A DNA stretch of 64,000 nucleotides from Luminiphilus sp. (GTDB lineage Bacteria > Pseudomonadota > Gammaproteobacteria > Pseudomonadales > Halieaceae), in contig JADHNP010000003.1 of assembly GCA_016779445.1 (NCBI GenBank), positions 24-64,023 on the forward strand. Reading direction: 5' to 3'. The first letter of the stretch is position 1; every line of letters begins with the position of its first letter. Below are positions 50,897 through 61,602 of the stretch, in pieces. The notes under the pieces are model-generated. The model had not been told where the DNA came from and searched no databases. It saw only the letters and a program-made list of their open reading frames with translations. A program made the position numbers and the translations under genes.

Positions 50897-52014
50897 GCCT
50901 AGAGCGCGATCGCGTGTTCATGGAGCATGCGATTGAGATAGGTCGTTGTGGCCGCTTTTGGTCGGCACCAAATCCTCCTGTGGGTTGCGTGCTGGTGCAG
51001 CAGGACACAATTGCCGCCACCGGTTTTACCCAGCCTGCTGGACAGCCCCACGCAGAAATCATGGCGTTGCAAGCGATTGATGATGCCCGCGGTATGACGG
51101 CTTATGTCACCCTTGAGCCTTGTAATCACCATGGGCGAACTCCGCCTTGCACCGAAGCTCTCATTCAGGCGGGTATCAGCCGCGTTGTGGTGGCCTTGGA
51201 GGATCCCAACCCCGAAGTGTCGGGGCAGGGCATTTCAAGACTGAGAAGGGCCGGTATAGCCGTAGAGGTGGGCTTGCTTGCCGACGAGGTCGAGGGTGAC
51301 CTCGCAGGTTTCTTACTCCGAATGCGCCGCGGTTGGGGAAGAATCACACTCAAGGTGGCCACCTCGCTGGATGGACGAACCGCCATGGCCTCGGGAGAAA
51401 GTCAGTGGATTACTGGCGAGACGGCTCGTAGGGATGTGCAGCTCTGGCGCGCGCAATCCGATGCTATCGTCACGGGAGTGAACACCGTGATGACAGACAA
51501 CTGCAAGCTGACGGTGCGCGCCCAGGATCTCCCACTGCAGGATGCCGATAAATCTCGTGCCCTTTCCTATCCCCCCACTCGAATCGTGTTGGATTCCAAA
51601 GGCAGAACGCCACACCATGCCGCCGTGCTGGAGGGTGCCCCGACCATTGTGGTCACCACGGGCGCGACTGACTTCCCCGCGTCCGTGCATGTCGAGTCGG
51701 TGGCCTCCGACGACGCGGGATGCGTGTCTCTCAAAGACTGGATACGATTGTTGGGAAAAGCGCAGTTCAATGAGATCCTCGTCGAGGCTGGACCGACATT
51801 ATCCGGAGCCCTTATCCGTGAGGGGTGGGTCGACCGTTTGCTATGGTATCAGGCGCCAAAGCTACTGGGAGTGTCTGCGCGTCCGGTCGCCGATTTGGAC
51901 GTAGCTTTGTTATCTGATGCACCGGACTTTACGTTGCAGGATGTGACCCGTATTGGAGAGGATCTGCGTATCATTGCGACCCGCGCAGGTTTACAGGCCG
52001 ATTACGGCGTCTAG
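50893..52014 (+). CDS. ribD: Riboflavin deaminase/reductase RibD
   Basis: [35 protein letters not shown]. Confidence 0.97.
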   Translation: MSLERDRVFMEHAIEIGRCGRFWSAPNPPVGCVLVQQDTIAATGFTQPAGQPHAEIMALQAIDDARGMTAYVTLEPCNHHGRTPPCTEALIQAGISRVVVALEDPNPEVSGQGISRLRRAGIAVEVGLLADEVEGDLAGFLLRMRRGWGRITLKVATSLDGRTAMASGESQWITGETARRDVQLWRAQSDAIVTGVNTVMTDNCKLTVRAQDLPLQDADKSRALSYPPTRIVLDSKGRTPHHAAVLEGAPTIVVTTGATDFPASVHVESVASDDAGCVSLKDWIRLLGKAQFNEILVEAGPTLSGALIREGWVDRLLWYQAPKLLGVSARPVADLDVALLSDAPDFTLQDVTRIGEDLRIIATRAGLQADYGV

Positions 52015-52038
52015 AGCGCATCGCATAAGGGAGTTAGG

Positions 52039-52656
52039 GTGTTTACGGGCATTATTCAATCAATAGGTCGCATTGCGGCGATTGAGGGTGACGAGCAGGA
52101 TATTCGTCTGAGAATTGAAGCAGGAAAACTTCCGTTAGATGCGGTTGCATTGGGCGACAGCATTGCGACCAGTGGCGTCTGTCTCACCGTGACGGAGCTT
52201 CCCGGCGATGGCTACTGGGCGGACGTCTCTCCAGAGACGTTGTCCCTCACCACATTGGGTCAGAAAGGCGTTGGGGATCCTGTCAATTTGGAGCTATCAC
52301 TGACGTTGAACAAGCCCTTGGGCGGGCACATGGTTAGTGGCCATGTCGATGGCGTCGGGAGAATAGAATCTATTGTTGAGGATGCGCGATTCTGGCAAGT
52401 CCGTATTGCAGCCCCTTCCAACCTCGCGCGCTACATCGCTGTGAAGGGCAGTATTTGCGTAGATGGCACCAGTCTGACGGTAAATCAGGTCTCCGGCGCT
52501 AGTTTCGAACTCACCATTATTCCGCAAACATGGGAAGAGACGGTGTTCAGCGACTATGGGGTGGGCAGTGCAGTGAATCTGGAGGTTGACGTGATTGCCC
52601 GGTACCTTGAGCGTCTGATGCAGTACGATCAGGCCAACCCGGATTTGTCCTCCTGA
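52039..52656 (+). CDS. ribC: Riboflavin synthase
   Basis: MFTGI, GVCLTV, GGHMVSGHVDG, KGSICVDGTSLTVN. Confidence 0.97.
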   Translation: MFTGIIQSIGRIAAIEGDEQDIRLRIEAGKLPLDAVALGDSIATSGVCLTVTELPGDGYWADVSPETLSLTTLGQKGVGDPVNLELSLTLNKPLGGHMVSGHVDGVGRIESIVEDARFWQVRIAAPSNLARYIAVKGSICVDGTSLTVNQVSGASFELTIIPQTWEETVFSDYGVGSAVNLEVDVIARYLERLMQYDQANPDLSS

Positions 52657-53774
52657 TGAGTGATTTTGCGCAGATCGATCAGGTGCTCAGCACCCTTAGG
52701 CACGGCCAAACCTGCTTGATGTTGAATGAGAACAGCGTGGGTGGCATCACAGGCTTTGTTGTTGTCGGCGCCGAGCATTGTGAAGCCGACCACATCGCTT
52801 TCATGGCGCGGCAGGCCCGAGGTTTGGTGTGCCTGGCTATGACGCCCGCGCGCTGTACCGAATTGGAGTTGCCGCTGATGGTGGAGGGCGACGATTCTCA
52901 ATCGCCCTTTACTCTCTCGATCGAGGCTGCCACCGGCATTGATACGGGTATCTCTGCAGCAGACCGCGCAAGAACCGTCAGAGTCGCAGTGGATTCGACG
53001 AGCCGCGCGGCTGACTTGGTGCAGCCTGGGCATATTTTTCCGATCGTAGCCTCGGCGGGAGGCGTGCTAAATCGAACCGCGCCTGCTGATGCGGCAATTG
53101 ATCTCGCGACATTGGCCGGACTCATTCCCGCTGCTGTGTTTACTGAGGTGCTGGATAACGACGGCGCCTTGGCCGATGGATCGTTTCTCGAGGAGTTTGC
53201 CCATCGACACCAGTTGGTGGCGGGTCGGGTATCTGACCTTGTCACTTATCGCCTGACAAATCAGAAAACCATCGAATTGGTTCGCCAGAGCATGATGCAG
53301 ACCCGCTACGGAGTATTTGAAGTGTTTGCGTACCGGGACATGACCCATGGGCGAGTTCATCTTGCTCTCAAGCGAGGCAGTATCAGTGCCACTCAGCCCA
53401 CGGTGGTTCGCGTGCACGTTACCGCTGTGCTGCGAGATCTGGTGGGCACTTCCCTTGATGGCCTTCCATCATGGTCTTTTGATGCCAGCCTCAAAGCCAT
53501 TTCTGAGGCTGAATCCGGAGTGCTGGTGTTACTGAGTAAGCCTGAGGCAGCTGATGATTTACTCGGGGACATTGACCGATTGATGGGGCAGACTCAGCTG
53601 GACCCTCAACCCAGCGCAGACGGCTACAATCAGATCGGAATGGGTGCACAAATTTTGCGCGACCTGGGTGTGGGGCAGATCCGACTCATGGGCGCACCGC
53701 TCAAGTACAATGCGCTCGCAGGCTTCGGGTTGGAAGTTATCGATTTCCTGGCACCTGAGAACACCTTGGATTAG
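52656..53774 (+). CDS. RibB/RibA-like fusion (RibBX-type) with degenerate active sites
   Basis: DHBP-synthase fold ([22 protein letters not shown]) but no DRENEGD or GHTE motif; GCH-II-like domain ([16 protein letters not shown]) without the Zn cysteines. Confidence 0.85.
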   Translation: MSDFAQIDQVLSTLRHGQTCLMLNENSVGGITGFVVVGAEHCEADHIAFMARQARGLVCLAMTPARCTELELPLMVEGDDSQSPFTLSIEAATGIDTGISAADRARTVRVAVDSTSRAADLVQPGHIFPIVASAGGVLNRTAPADAAIDLATLAGLIPAAVFTEVLDNDGALADGSFLEEFAHRHQLVAGRVSDLVTYRLTNQKTIELVRQSMMQTRYGVFEVFAYRDMTHGRVHLALKRGSISATQPTVVRVHVTAVLRDLVGTSLDGLPSWSFDASLKAISEAESGVLVLLSKPEAADDLLGDIDRLMGQTQLDPQPSADGYNQIGMGAQILRDLGVGQIRLMGAPLKYNALAGFGLEVIDFLAPENTLD

Positions 53775-53793
53775 CTGAAGGACACTACAGGCC

Positions 53794-54276
53794 ATGATCG
53801 GTAAGGGTATTGATAACGCCACGCCAGCGGTTGCAGGCAATGACGGTGTCTACACCGTTGTAACCACTCGCTGGAATGCAGATATTGTCGAGGGTTTGCT
53901 CACGGGCGCGCTGAATGCTTTGGGCGTTGCTGGTATTACTGGTGAGCAGGTTCGTGTGGTGCGAGTGCCGGGCGCCTTTGAAATTCCTCTTGCATGTCAG
54001 GCGGCGGCAGGGCGTCCGGACTGTGACGCGGTGATCGCACTGGGTGCTGTTATCCGGGGAGGTACGCCCCATTTTGAATACGTTGCGGGGGAGTGCACGC
54101 GGGGTATCGGGCAGGTTGCGCTACAAAGCGGGAAGCCCGTTGCATTCGGTGTGCTCACTGTGGATTCTTTGGAGCAGGCGCTGGAGCGCTCGGGTGATAA
54201 TGACGAGAATAAGGGAGCGGAGGCCGCTATGAGTGCGGTGGAGATGGTTAATTTGCTCAGATCCCTAGCCCGTTGA
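53794..54276 (+). CDS. ribH: Lumazine synthase
   Basis: [30 protein letters not shown]. Confidence 0.97.
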   Translation: MIGKGIDNATPAVAGNDGVYTVVTTRWNADIVEGLLTGALNALGVAGITGEQVRVVRVPGAFEIPLACQAAAGRPDCDAVIALGAVIRGGTPHFEYVAGECTRGIGQVALQSGKPVAFGVLTVDSLEQALERSGDNDENKGAEAAMSAVEMVNLLRSLAR

Positions 54277-54722
54277 TGTCACAGCCCAATACATTGGCAG
54301 CTCAGCGACGCAAGGCCCGCCATTTCGGTCTGCAAGCTCTGTACCAATGGACGCTATCAGGAGCAGCGCTCGCCGACATTGAGGCAGAATTTCGTGTGGA
54401 CAATGATTTCCGTCATACCGATGGCGATTACTTCACCGCGATACTGAAAGGTGTCACGTCGGATGTTGATGCGTTGGAGGCATTGTTTTCTCCGGCATTG
54501 GATCGATCTCTCGACGACCTCGATCCGATCGAGCGGAATTTGCTGCGACTGGGTGCTTTTGAGCTCAGGGATCGGATCGATGTGCCTTACAAAGTTGTCA
54601 TCAACGAGGCCGTATCGCTGGCAAAAAAATTTGGTGCGACCGAGTCTCATCGCTACATCAATGGCGTGCTGGACAAGGTGGCGCGTGATATCAGGACGAT
54701 TGAACTCGCAGCAGAGCAGTAA
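54276..54722 (+). CDS. nusB: Antitermination factor NusB
   Basis: RRKAR..LQALYQW, VVINEAVSLAKKFG, INGVLD. Confidence 0.97.
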   Translation: MSQPNTLAAQRRKARHFGLQALYQWTLSGAALADIEAEFRVDNDFRHTDGDYFTAILKGVTSDVDALEALFSPALDRSLDDLDPIERNLLRLGAFELRDRIDVPYKVVINEAVSLAKKFGATESHRYINGVLDKVARDIRTIELAAEQ

Positions 54723-55648
54723 TGGCGCTTGGTGAATTCGATCTGATTGAGCGATATTTTTCCCAGATCGGCGAATCACCGTCGGTGAGAATAGGTGTCG
54801 GTGACGATGCGGCAGTCCTCGAGCTGCCTGAAGGTCATGTGCACCTTATTTCTACTGACACGGCGGTGTCTGGGGTTCATTTTTTGCCTGACTCTCAGCC
54901 CGATGTCATCGCCTATCGGGCCATCATGGCGGCAGCTAGTGACTTAGCCGCTATGGGTGCCAAGCCTGAGGGCATGTTATTGGCCTTGACGCTGCCAGAG
55001 GCAAATGCCGATTGGTTGGCGTCCTTTGCTGACGGAATCCGGAGCGCATCAGAGTTGACGTTACTGCCGCTGATTGGCGGGGACACCACGCGCGGGCCAC
55101 TAACCATTACCGTGACCGTGATGGGTTCCGCACCCATCGGTTGTTATTTGACGCGGAGTGGAGCAAGACCCGGCGATCGGTTGTGCGTCAGCGGAACGCT
55201 GGGGGATGCGGCGGCCGGCCTCGCAATTCTTGACCGGGCAGATACCGGTATCGCATCAGCACACGTTGCCTTTCTAAAGAGTCGGTTTAACCAACCGATG
55301 GCGCGACTGGCTCTGGGTCGAAAGTTGAACGGCGTAGCGACATCGGCAATCGATGTGTCAGATGGATTGTTGGTCGATGCGGGTCAGCTCGCGAGATCAT
55401 CGGGTGTTGGCGTTATCATTGATCGAGAGGCCGTTCCGCTCTCTGTTGCGTTGCGAGCATACGCTGATCCCGCTCAAACGATGGAGTGGGCCTTGCGCGG
55501 GGGTGATGATTACGAATTACTCTTCACGCTTCCGGACCAAGCGGAGATGCCCGATGATTGCACTGAAATCGGTCGGGTGAGCTCCGGTGTTGGGGTGCGC
55601 TGCGACGGGGTGGAAAAATTGACTGGGTATGATCATTTTGAACGATGA
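54722..55648 (+). CDS. thiL: Thiamine-monophosphate kinase
   Basis: GEFDLI, GDDAA, SDLAAMG, GGDT, DVSDG, GGDDYEL. Confidence 0.96.
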   Translation: MALGEFDLIERYFSQIGESPSVRIGVGDDAAVLELPEGHVHLISTDTAVSGVHFLPDSQPDVIAYRAIMAAASDLAAMGAKPEGMLLALTLPEANADWLASFADGIRSASELTLLPLIGGDTTRGPLTITVTVMGSAPIGCYLTRSGARPGDRLCVSGTLGDAAAGLAILDRADTGIASAHVAFLKSRFNQPMARLALGRKLNGVATSAIDVSDGLLVDAGQLARSSGVGVIIDREAVPLSVALRAYADPAQTMEWALRGGDDYELLFTLPDQAEMPDDCTEIGRVSSGVGVRCDGVEKLTGYDHFER

Positions 55649-56156
55649 GGTTGATGAGGCGCAGGGAAACCCGCGTATCCACAATTTTGCGACATTTGTT
55701 GCCAGTGGCGCGGGTTCGGGGTTGTCTCCATATGCCCCTGGCACCGCAGGCAGCGTTCTGGGAGCAGTGTGTCTCTGGCCGATGGGTTATCTCTCTTTGG
55801 AGACGCTCTGGCTGGTGTGGGTAATCGCTTGCTGGTTTGCGGTCTGGTCGGCAGATCGCGCTGGAGCGGATTGGCAGGTCGTTGATCACCCCGCCATTGT
55901 GATCGATGAGGTGGTTGGCCTATGGTTGGCCTATCTGATACCGGCCACCCTGCTGACTTTCGAGGTTGATGCGCTAACGCTGATTGTTGGTGCTCTGGTG
56001 CTGTTTCGGGTCTATGACATCGCGAAGCCCTGGCCTGTTAACTGGGCTGAGCGTCGTCTGCCCGGTGGAGTGGGAGTGGTGGCAGATGATTTGGTCGCCG
56101 GCGCTCTGGCGGGTTTTTGTCTTGTGATTGTTCTTATTGCCCAGATAACCCTTTGA
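55629..56156 (+). CDS. pgpA: Phosphatidylglycerophosphatase A
   Basis: APGTAGS, DH..IVIDEVVG, FRVYDIAKPWP, GVVADDLVAG. Confidence 0.95.
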   Translation: MIILNDEVDEAQGNPRIHNFATFVASGAGSGLSPYAPGTAGSVLGAVCLWPMGYLSLETLWLVWVIACWFAVWSADRAGADWQVVDHPAIVIDEVVGLWLAYLIPATLLTFEVDALTLIVGALVLFRVYDIAKPWPVNWAERRLPGGVGVVADDLVAGALAGFCLVIVLIAQITL

Positions 56157-56172
56157 GTGGGTCTATCTCGAT

Positions 56173-57003
56173 TTAGTTTTCCCGGTGAACCATCTCTCTC
56201 GCGAGGTGCCGCAGGTCCTCTGCAGCTTCACCAAATACAGTCAACGCCTCCAGCGCCGCGCCCAGCAGCGCATCTGACTCAGCTCGCGCACCCTCCAACC
56301 CTAGGGTGCTGACATAGGTGGATTTTTCCGCACGCGCGTCTTTGCCCGCTGTCTTACCCAGAGCGGCGCTGTCGCCTGTGACATCTAACACATCATCCAT
56401 CACTTGAAATGCGAGTCCGATTGCTTGGGCAAATTCGACTAAGTGTGATCTTTGCGAAGCAGACGCATCGCCACAAATGGCCCCAGTTTCTGCTGCTGCA
56501 GCAATGAGCGCACCGGTTTTAAGCTGGTGAATGTCTCTCAGGGAGGCCACATTCACCGCTTGATGCTCTGCAGCCAGATCCAGTGCCTGCCCACCCACCA
56601 TGCCATTGAAGCCGACCGCGACGCTGAGTAGCCTCACGATTTCGAGCCGTTGCTCAGCACTGAGCGTTTCGATGTCGGTGACACGCTGAAAGGCGGCAGC
56701 TTGAAGTCCATCACCCGCCAGAATGGCAGTCGCCTCGTCGAACGCGCGATGCAAGGTGGGCTGTCCGCGGCGCAGGTCATCGTTGTCCATCGCGGGCAAA
56801 TCGTCGTGCACCAGCGAGTAGGTGTGGAGCAGTTCAATCGCCTCGCCTACCGGCACTGCCGATGGCACGTGCTCGCCCGCAATCAGCTCTGCACAGGTCA
56901 GCGTGAGTCTGCTACGCAGCTGTTTGCCCGGTTGCTTTGCCAGATAAGTCAATGCGTCGGCGAGTCGTGGCTCGGAGCAAGTCAGCCAGTTAAACGGTTC
57001 CAC
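56173..57003 (-). CDS. ispA: Farnesyl diphosphate synthase (start about 57003 or 57009)
   Basis: FARM HDDLPAMDNDDLRRG, GGQALD, KTG, SARM QVMDDVLD. Confidence 0.93.
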   Translation of the reverse strand: MEPFNWLTCSEPRLADALTYLAKQPGKQLRSRLTLTCAELIAGEHVPSAVPVGEAIELLHTYSLVHDDLPAMDNDDLRRGQPTLHRAFDEATAILAGDGLQAAAFQRVTDIETLSAEQRLEIVRLLSVAVGFNGMVGGQALDLAAEHQAVNVASLRDIHQLKTGALIAAAAETGAICGDASASQRSHLVEFAQAIGLAFQVMDDVLDVTGDSAALGKTAGKDARAEKSTYVSTLGLEGARAESDALLGAALEALTVFGEAAEDLRHLAREMVHREN

Positions 57004-57010
57004 CGGCAAG

Positions 57011-57253
57011 CTATTGCTCTTCGGAGAGGTCTTCCTCTTGCACCAATCCGTCCTGTGTGACTTGCACAATGCGTTGCTCCGCGTCCTCCAGTGTTTTCTG
57101 GATGGTGCTGCTTAGCTTGACGCCTTCCTCATAGAGTTTGAGGGCGGTTTCGAGTTCGATTTCTGGGTTTTCGAGTTGCTCTACCAACTCTCCCAGCTCA
57201 GTCATTTGCTGCGAAAGCGTTGGTGGGCTTGAGGGTTTGGAAGATTTGGTCAC
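57011..57253 (-). CDS. xseB: Exodeoxyribonuclease VII small subunit
   Basis: LVEQLE..I.LE.ALKLYEEG..L....L..AEQRI. Confidence 0.92.
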   Translation of the reverse strand: MTKSSKPSSPPTLSQQMTELGELVEQLENPEIELETALKLYEEGVKLSSTIQKTLEDAEQRIVQVTQDGLVQEEDLSEEQ

Positions 57254-57280
57254 GTCGATAGCCTTCAGATTAGTGCGAAG

Positions 57281-59233
57281 TCACAGCGCTTGTTGGCTGT
57301 GATGTGGCAGCATACTTCCCGCAGCGGCGACAATGTCATCGGCGGTTAATCCAGCCAGCTGGCGACATTCTCCCTGCCCAGCGTGAGCAACAAACTCATC
57401 CGGAATGCCAATATGTCTGAGAGCGCAAACGACTCCTGAGTGGGCCAAAAATTCGGCCACCCCACTGCCAGCCCCACCGGCGACAGCATTTTCTTCAACC
57501 GTGACAAGACAGCTGTGATGTTCGATCAGCGAGAGAATCAGGGCCTCGTCCAGAGGCTTGACCCAGCGCATATCAACCACGGTCGCGTTGATTCTGTCAC
57601 CCGCCAATATGGCCTGATCCAACAGAACACCAAAGTTGAGAATGGCAACTTCGGCGCCTTGGCGCACGATATTGCCTTTGCCGATCTCCAGGCTAGCCAG
57701 GCTTGTATCGAGCGTGATTCCCGTTCCTTCTCCTCGGGGATAACGGATGGCGGCGGGGCCCTCGTGCAGCCACCCGCTCTGTAGCATTTTGCGGCACTGG
57801 TCCTCATCGCTGGGAGCACCAATCACCATATTGGGGATGCATCGCAAGTAGGAGAGATCAAAGGTGCCATGATGGGTAGGGCCGTCTTGCCCGACGAGGC
57901 CCGCTCGATCAATCGCCAGCGTGACGTCCAGATTCTGCAACGCCACATCGTGGATCAGCTGATCGTAACCGCGTTGAAGAAAGGTAGAGTAGATGGCGAG
58001 CACGGGCTTAAGCCCATCGCACGCCATGCCTGCTGCCAGAGTGACCGAGTGTTGCTCTGCAATGGCAACATCGAAGAACCGGTCCGAATATTGTTCGGCG
58101 TAGGCCACCATGCCAGAGCCTTCACACATTGCTGGTGTAATACCCACGACTCTGTCATCTTGGGCTGCGAGGTCGCATAGCCACTGACCAAATACATCCT
58201 GATATTTTGGTGCTTTGGCTTTGGCGACAACCTTCGTCGTTTTTGCAGTTTTCGCGGGCTCAAGCTTGTTAATGGCATGGTAGCCAATCGGGTCGCGCTC
58301 TGCGGGCGCGAACCCTTTTCCCTTGATGGTACGGATGTGCAAGAACTGTGGCCCTTTTAGGTCAGCCATCACCTGCAGTGTGCTCACCAGTTGGGGAAGG
58401 TCATGCCCATCAAAGGGCCCAATGTAATGCCAGCCCAGCTCCTCAAACATGGTTCCGGGTGCGACCATGCCTTTCATGTGTTCCTCGGTCTTTTTGGCTA
58501 AGTCCCAAGCGCCTCGCACATGACCCAGAATTTTTTTGGAACCTTCTCGCAGTGCGGTGTAGGTTTTGCTCGCCCATATTTTGGCGAAGTACGTGGCAAG
58601 GCCACCCGTATTGTGGCCAATCGACATCTGGTTGTCGTTGAGGATGACCAGCATATTGGGTCGCTCATGGCCCGCATGCGCCAGCGCTTCAAAAGCCATG
58701 CCTCCTGTGATGGCGCCATCGCCAATAACGGCTACGACCTTCCGGTCGATGCCCTGCTTTTGTGCCGCCATCGCCATCCCCATTGCTGCGGAGATGCTGG
58801 TAGAGGAGTGGCCGACACCAAATGTATCGAAGGGACTCTCCGAGCGTTTCGGAAAGCCAGACAGTCCTCGAATTTGGCGCATCGTGCCCATTTCGCTGCG
58901 GCGCCCGGTGAGAATCTTGTGCGGATAGGTCTGGTGTCCCACGTCCCAGACAATGCGGTCATGGGGCGTACTGAATACGTGGTGCAATGCCACGGTCAGT
59001 TCAACGACTCCCAAGCCGGCGCCAAAGTGACCACCAGTTCCCGCCACCGAATAGAGGAGATCCTGACGAAGCTCTTCCGCCAGACGCACCAGTTCGTGAT
59101 TGTCCATCTCGCCAAGCCTATCGAACTGGTGCACTACAGTGTCGAGAAGCGGTGTGTCGGGACGGATAGTGGGCAACTCTTCAATCATGCGGTCGATCAT
59201 ACCCCAACTGTTTGGATGCGCGATGGGTTTCAT
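57281..59233 (-). CDS. dxs: 1-deoxy-D-xylulose-5-phosphate synthase
   Basis: GGHFGAGLG, WDVGHQ, GDGA..GGMAFEA, ITPAM, IAEQH, DGPTH, RYPRG. Confidence 0.98.
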   Translation of the reverse strand: MKPIAHPNSWGMIDRMIEELPTIRPDTPLLDTVVHQFDRLGEMDNHELVRLAEELRQDLLYSVAGTGGHFGAGLGVVELTVALHHVFSTPHDRIVWDVGHQTYPHKILTGRRSEMGTMRQIRGLSGFPKRSESPFDTFGVGHSSTSISAAMGMAMAAQKQGIDRKVVAVIGDGAITGGMAFEALAHAGHERPNMLVILNDNQMSIGHNTGGLATYFAKIWASKTYTALREGSKKILGHVRGAWDLAKKTEEHMKGMVAPGTMFEELGWHYIGPFDGHDLPQLVSTLQVMADLKGPQFLHIRTIKGKGFAPAERDPIGYHAINKLEPAKTAKTTKVVAKAKAPKYQDVFGQWLCDLAAQDDRVVGITPAMCEGSGMVAYAEQYSDRFFDVAIAEQHSVTLAAGMACDGLKPVLAIYSTFLQRGYDQLIHDVALQNLDVTLAIDRAGLVGQDGPTHHGTFDLSYLRCIPNMVIGAPSDEDQCRKMLQSGWLHEGPAAIRYPRGEGTGITLDTSLASLEIGKGNIVRQGAEVAILNFGVLLDQAILAGDRINATVVDMRWVKPLDEALILSLIEHHSCLVTVEENAVAGGAGSGVAEFLAHSGVVCALRHIGIPDEFVAHAGQGECRQLAGLTADDIVAAAGSMLPHHSQQAL

Positions 59234-59640
59234 TAGGAGGGGTCAAACTGTTTTCTCAGCCGCTCCAAAGCTTTGCGTTCATGCTTGCCGGGTTTTTGCG
59301 TAGGTTTACGCATTGCTCCCGCCGCTTTTCTTGCTTCTGCAGCCCGCGCTCGGCGCATCACACTCTGCGGCGTCTCCTCGTAAAGTGTTTGTGCGATGGG
59401 TGCGCCCCGTCTTTGATCGGTCACTGCGGAGACAACAATTTCTTGCTCATCCCAGCCTTGACGAACGCGAAGGACATCGCCCGGCGCAACCTCCCGTGAG
59501 ACTTTGACGCGCTGGCCGGCCATTTGCACCTTGCCGCCTTCGATAGCGGTTTTAGCCAACGAGCGCGTTTTGAAGAATCTCGCTGCCCAAAGCCATTTGT
59601 CTACGCGCACTTTGCCTGCCTTGTTCTCTGTATCAGTCAA
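59233..59640 (-). CDS. hslR: Ribosome-associated heat shock protein Hsp15
   Basis: RVDKWLWAARFFKTRSLA (S4 domain), LYEET. Confidence 0.95.
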   Translation of the reverse strand: MTDTENKAGKVRVDKWLWAARFFKTRSLAKTAIEGGKVQMAGQRVKVSREVAPGDVLRVRQGWDEQEIVVSAVTDQRRGAPIAQTLYEETPQSVMRRARAAEARKAAGAMRKPTQKPGKHERKALERLRKQFDPS

Positions 59641-60337
59641 CGGTGGGCAGCCCTTGCATGATTTCTTCGAAGTGGTGGATTGAAGGATAGCGGGTAGACT
59701 TTCTTGGTGGCAGTGAAGAATCGGGTTGTCTTAGGGTAATGAGGTGTGAGATGCCGAAAGTGTTGGCAGAGTCCAATACGTGTTCAGCGTCATCTACAAA
59801 CAAGGTGCGATTCGGATTAAAGGGGCGCTCAGCGCTAAGTTCCGTCCAAAATGCCTGCGTCTCTTTAGGTGCGCCGTAACTGTGAGAGCTCACCATCTTA
59901 TCGAACCACTTCGCCAAAGGCAGTCTCGCTGCTTTGATCTCGAGGGTCACGGGATGCGCGTTGGTAATGAGCACTACATCTAGATGGCTGGCCTTAAGGC
60001 GGCTGAGAAATGTCTCTGCCTGGGGTCGCCATCGAATGCCATCAGTGTAATTGGCTTTGATAGAGGGGATGTCAAGCTTGAGTGTCTCCCCCCAGAAGTC
60101 CAGACAGTACCAATTCAATTTCCCTTGCTCGTTGGTAAAAATGGGTGCCAGATGTTGCTGACTGCTGGGTAAATCCAGCCCATTACGGTGACCCCATTGC
60201 TCGGGGATGACGGTGCCCCAGAAATGGTTGTCGAATGCCAGATCGAGCAGCGTCCCATCCATATCCAGCAAAACGGTATCCAATTGTGACCAGTCCACCT
60301 GCTCAACCTGCAGACTATTGGCAACGGTAAGTGCCAT
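59633..60337 (-). CDS. yrfG: HAD-family GMP/IMP nucleotidase
   Basis: LLDMDGTLLDLAFDNHFW, WYCLDFW, ITNAH, LFVDD. Confidence 0.93.
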   Translation of the reverse strand: MALTVANSLQVEQVDWSQLDTVLLDMDGTLLDLAFDNHFWGTVIPEQWGHRNGLDLPSSQQHLAPIFTNEQGKLNWYCLDFWGETLKLDIPSIKANYTDGIRWRPQAETFLSRLKASHLDVVLITNAHPVTLEIKAARLPLAKWFDKMVSSHSYGAPKETQAFWTELSAERPFNPNRTLFVDDAEHVLDSANTFGISHLITLRQPDSSLPPRKSTRYPSIHHFEEIMQGLPTVD

Positions 60338-60356
60338 CGAGTGCTACCCTATAGAG

Positions 60357-61250
60357 ATGAGTGAGGTCCACTATAGCGGCAACCCCGGTCTCGATGGGAT
60401 GCTGCACAAGACAAATTTGAGTTTTGACAAGCTATTGAGCGCCCTTTTGTCATTGGCAGAGGATGCGTCTCGGTGCGTGCTCGATCTATACGCTAAGGCA
60501 GGAGAGGTAGCGGTTAGCCAAAAATCTGATTCGAGCCCGGTGACCGAAGCAGACCATGCTCTACATCGGCTGATTTGCCAGGCGCTGCAGCAGCTTACCC
60601 CTGCCATCCCCATCCTGTCAGAAGAGTCGACTTTGGAGCAATTGATCGGTCGGAGAGATTGGCCAGTATGCTGGATGATTGACCCGCTTGATGGGACCAG
60701 AGAGTTCATTGATGGCACGGGAGAATTCACTATCAATATCGCCCTAATAGTGGATTCGGAAGCGGTATTGGGTTTGATAGCGGCGCCAAACAGAGCGCAC
60801 GTTGATGTGGGTGTTCCTTCTTGGGGGGCACGGCGATTTCCGCTGTCGGACCGAACCGATGGTGAGCCACTGCGGACCCGACCGCTGGATTGCAATGAAG
60901 CCCTGACCCTGTCGGCGAGTGTCCGCCATCGAGCTGAAAGGGTCCAAGTTATGATGAATCGGCTTTCGCCTCTTGCACAAGGCGCGCGCCGTCTTAACGC
61001 TGGAAGTGCCCTCAAGTTCTGCGATTTGTTGTCAGGCGATGCCGATGTATATCCCAGGACATCACCTTGTTATGAGTGGGATCTTGCCGCGGGTGATGCG
61101 CTGGTGCGAGCGGCCGGTGGCAGCGTGACGACACTGGAGGGGGAACCGATTCGATATAACCGATGGGACAGTTTGAAGGCACCTCAATTTGTGGCGGCTG
61201 CCGATCCGACCATCAACTATGTGGCACTACTGAGAGATCCAGACCTTTGA
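60357..61250 (+). CDS. cysQ: 3'(2'),5'-bisphosphate nucleotidase (start uncertain)
   Basis: KSDSSPVTEAD, SEE, IDPLDGTREF, GSALKFC, EWDLAAG. Confidence 0.93.
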   Translation: MSEVHYSGNPGLDGMLHKTNLSFDKLLSALLSLAEDASRCVLDLYAKAGEVAVSQKSDSSPVTEADHALHRLICQALQQLTPAIPILSEESTLEQLIGRRDWPVCWMIDPLDGTREFIDGTGEFTINIALIVDSEAVLGLIAAPNRAHVDVGVPSWGARRFPLSDRTDGEPLRTRPLDCNEALTLSASVRHRAERVQVMMNRLSPLAQGARRLNAGSALKFCDLLSGDADVYPRTSPCYEWDLAAGDALVRAAGGSVTTLEGEPIRYNRWDSLKAPQFVAAADPTINYVALLRDPDL

Positions 61251-61368
61251 GTAATGAGTGTCGGTTTAGGTCCGTGATGTTCTCTTTCAATGTGAAATGG
61301 GCATGACGCTTGCCGGTATTGGTGCTCCGCAGCTAGATTTCGTCGCAGGAATGGGTTCAGGATAGAGC

Positions 61369-61602
61369 ATGATAGATCGAGTTGGGCCAGATCACGCAGC
61401 GGCGAATGAGGATTTGTCTGCGGCGGAGCGCCTTGCGCTCCTGCAGGGCCAGCACCGGCTCCTGGATCAGAAAATAATCGACCTCCAGACCCGACCTTGG
61501 CAGAACCAGCTGCTAGTTCAACGCCTCAAAAAGGAAAAGCTCAGGTTGAAGGAGGCGATTGAGCGCCTCAAAGACGAGATCATCCCTGATCTAAATGCCT
61601 GA
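61369..61602 (+). CDS. DUF465 (YdcH-like) small coiled-coil protein
   Basis: HRLLDQKI...QRLKKEKLRLKEAI. Confidence 0.85.
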   Translation: MIDRVGPDHAAANEDLSAAERLALLQGQHRLLDQKIIDLQTRPWQNQLLVQRLKKEKLRLKEAIERLKDEIIPDLNA

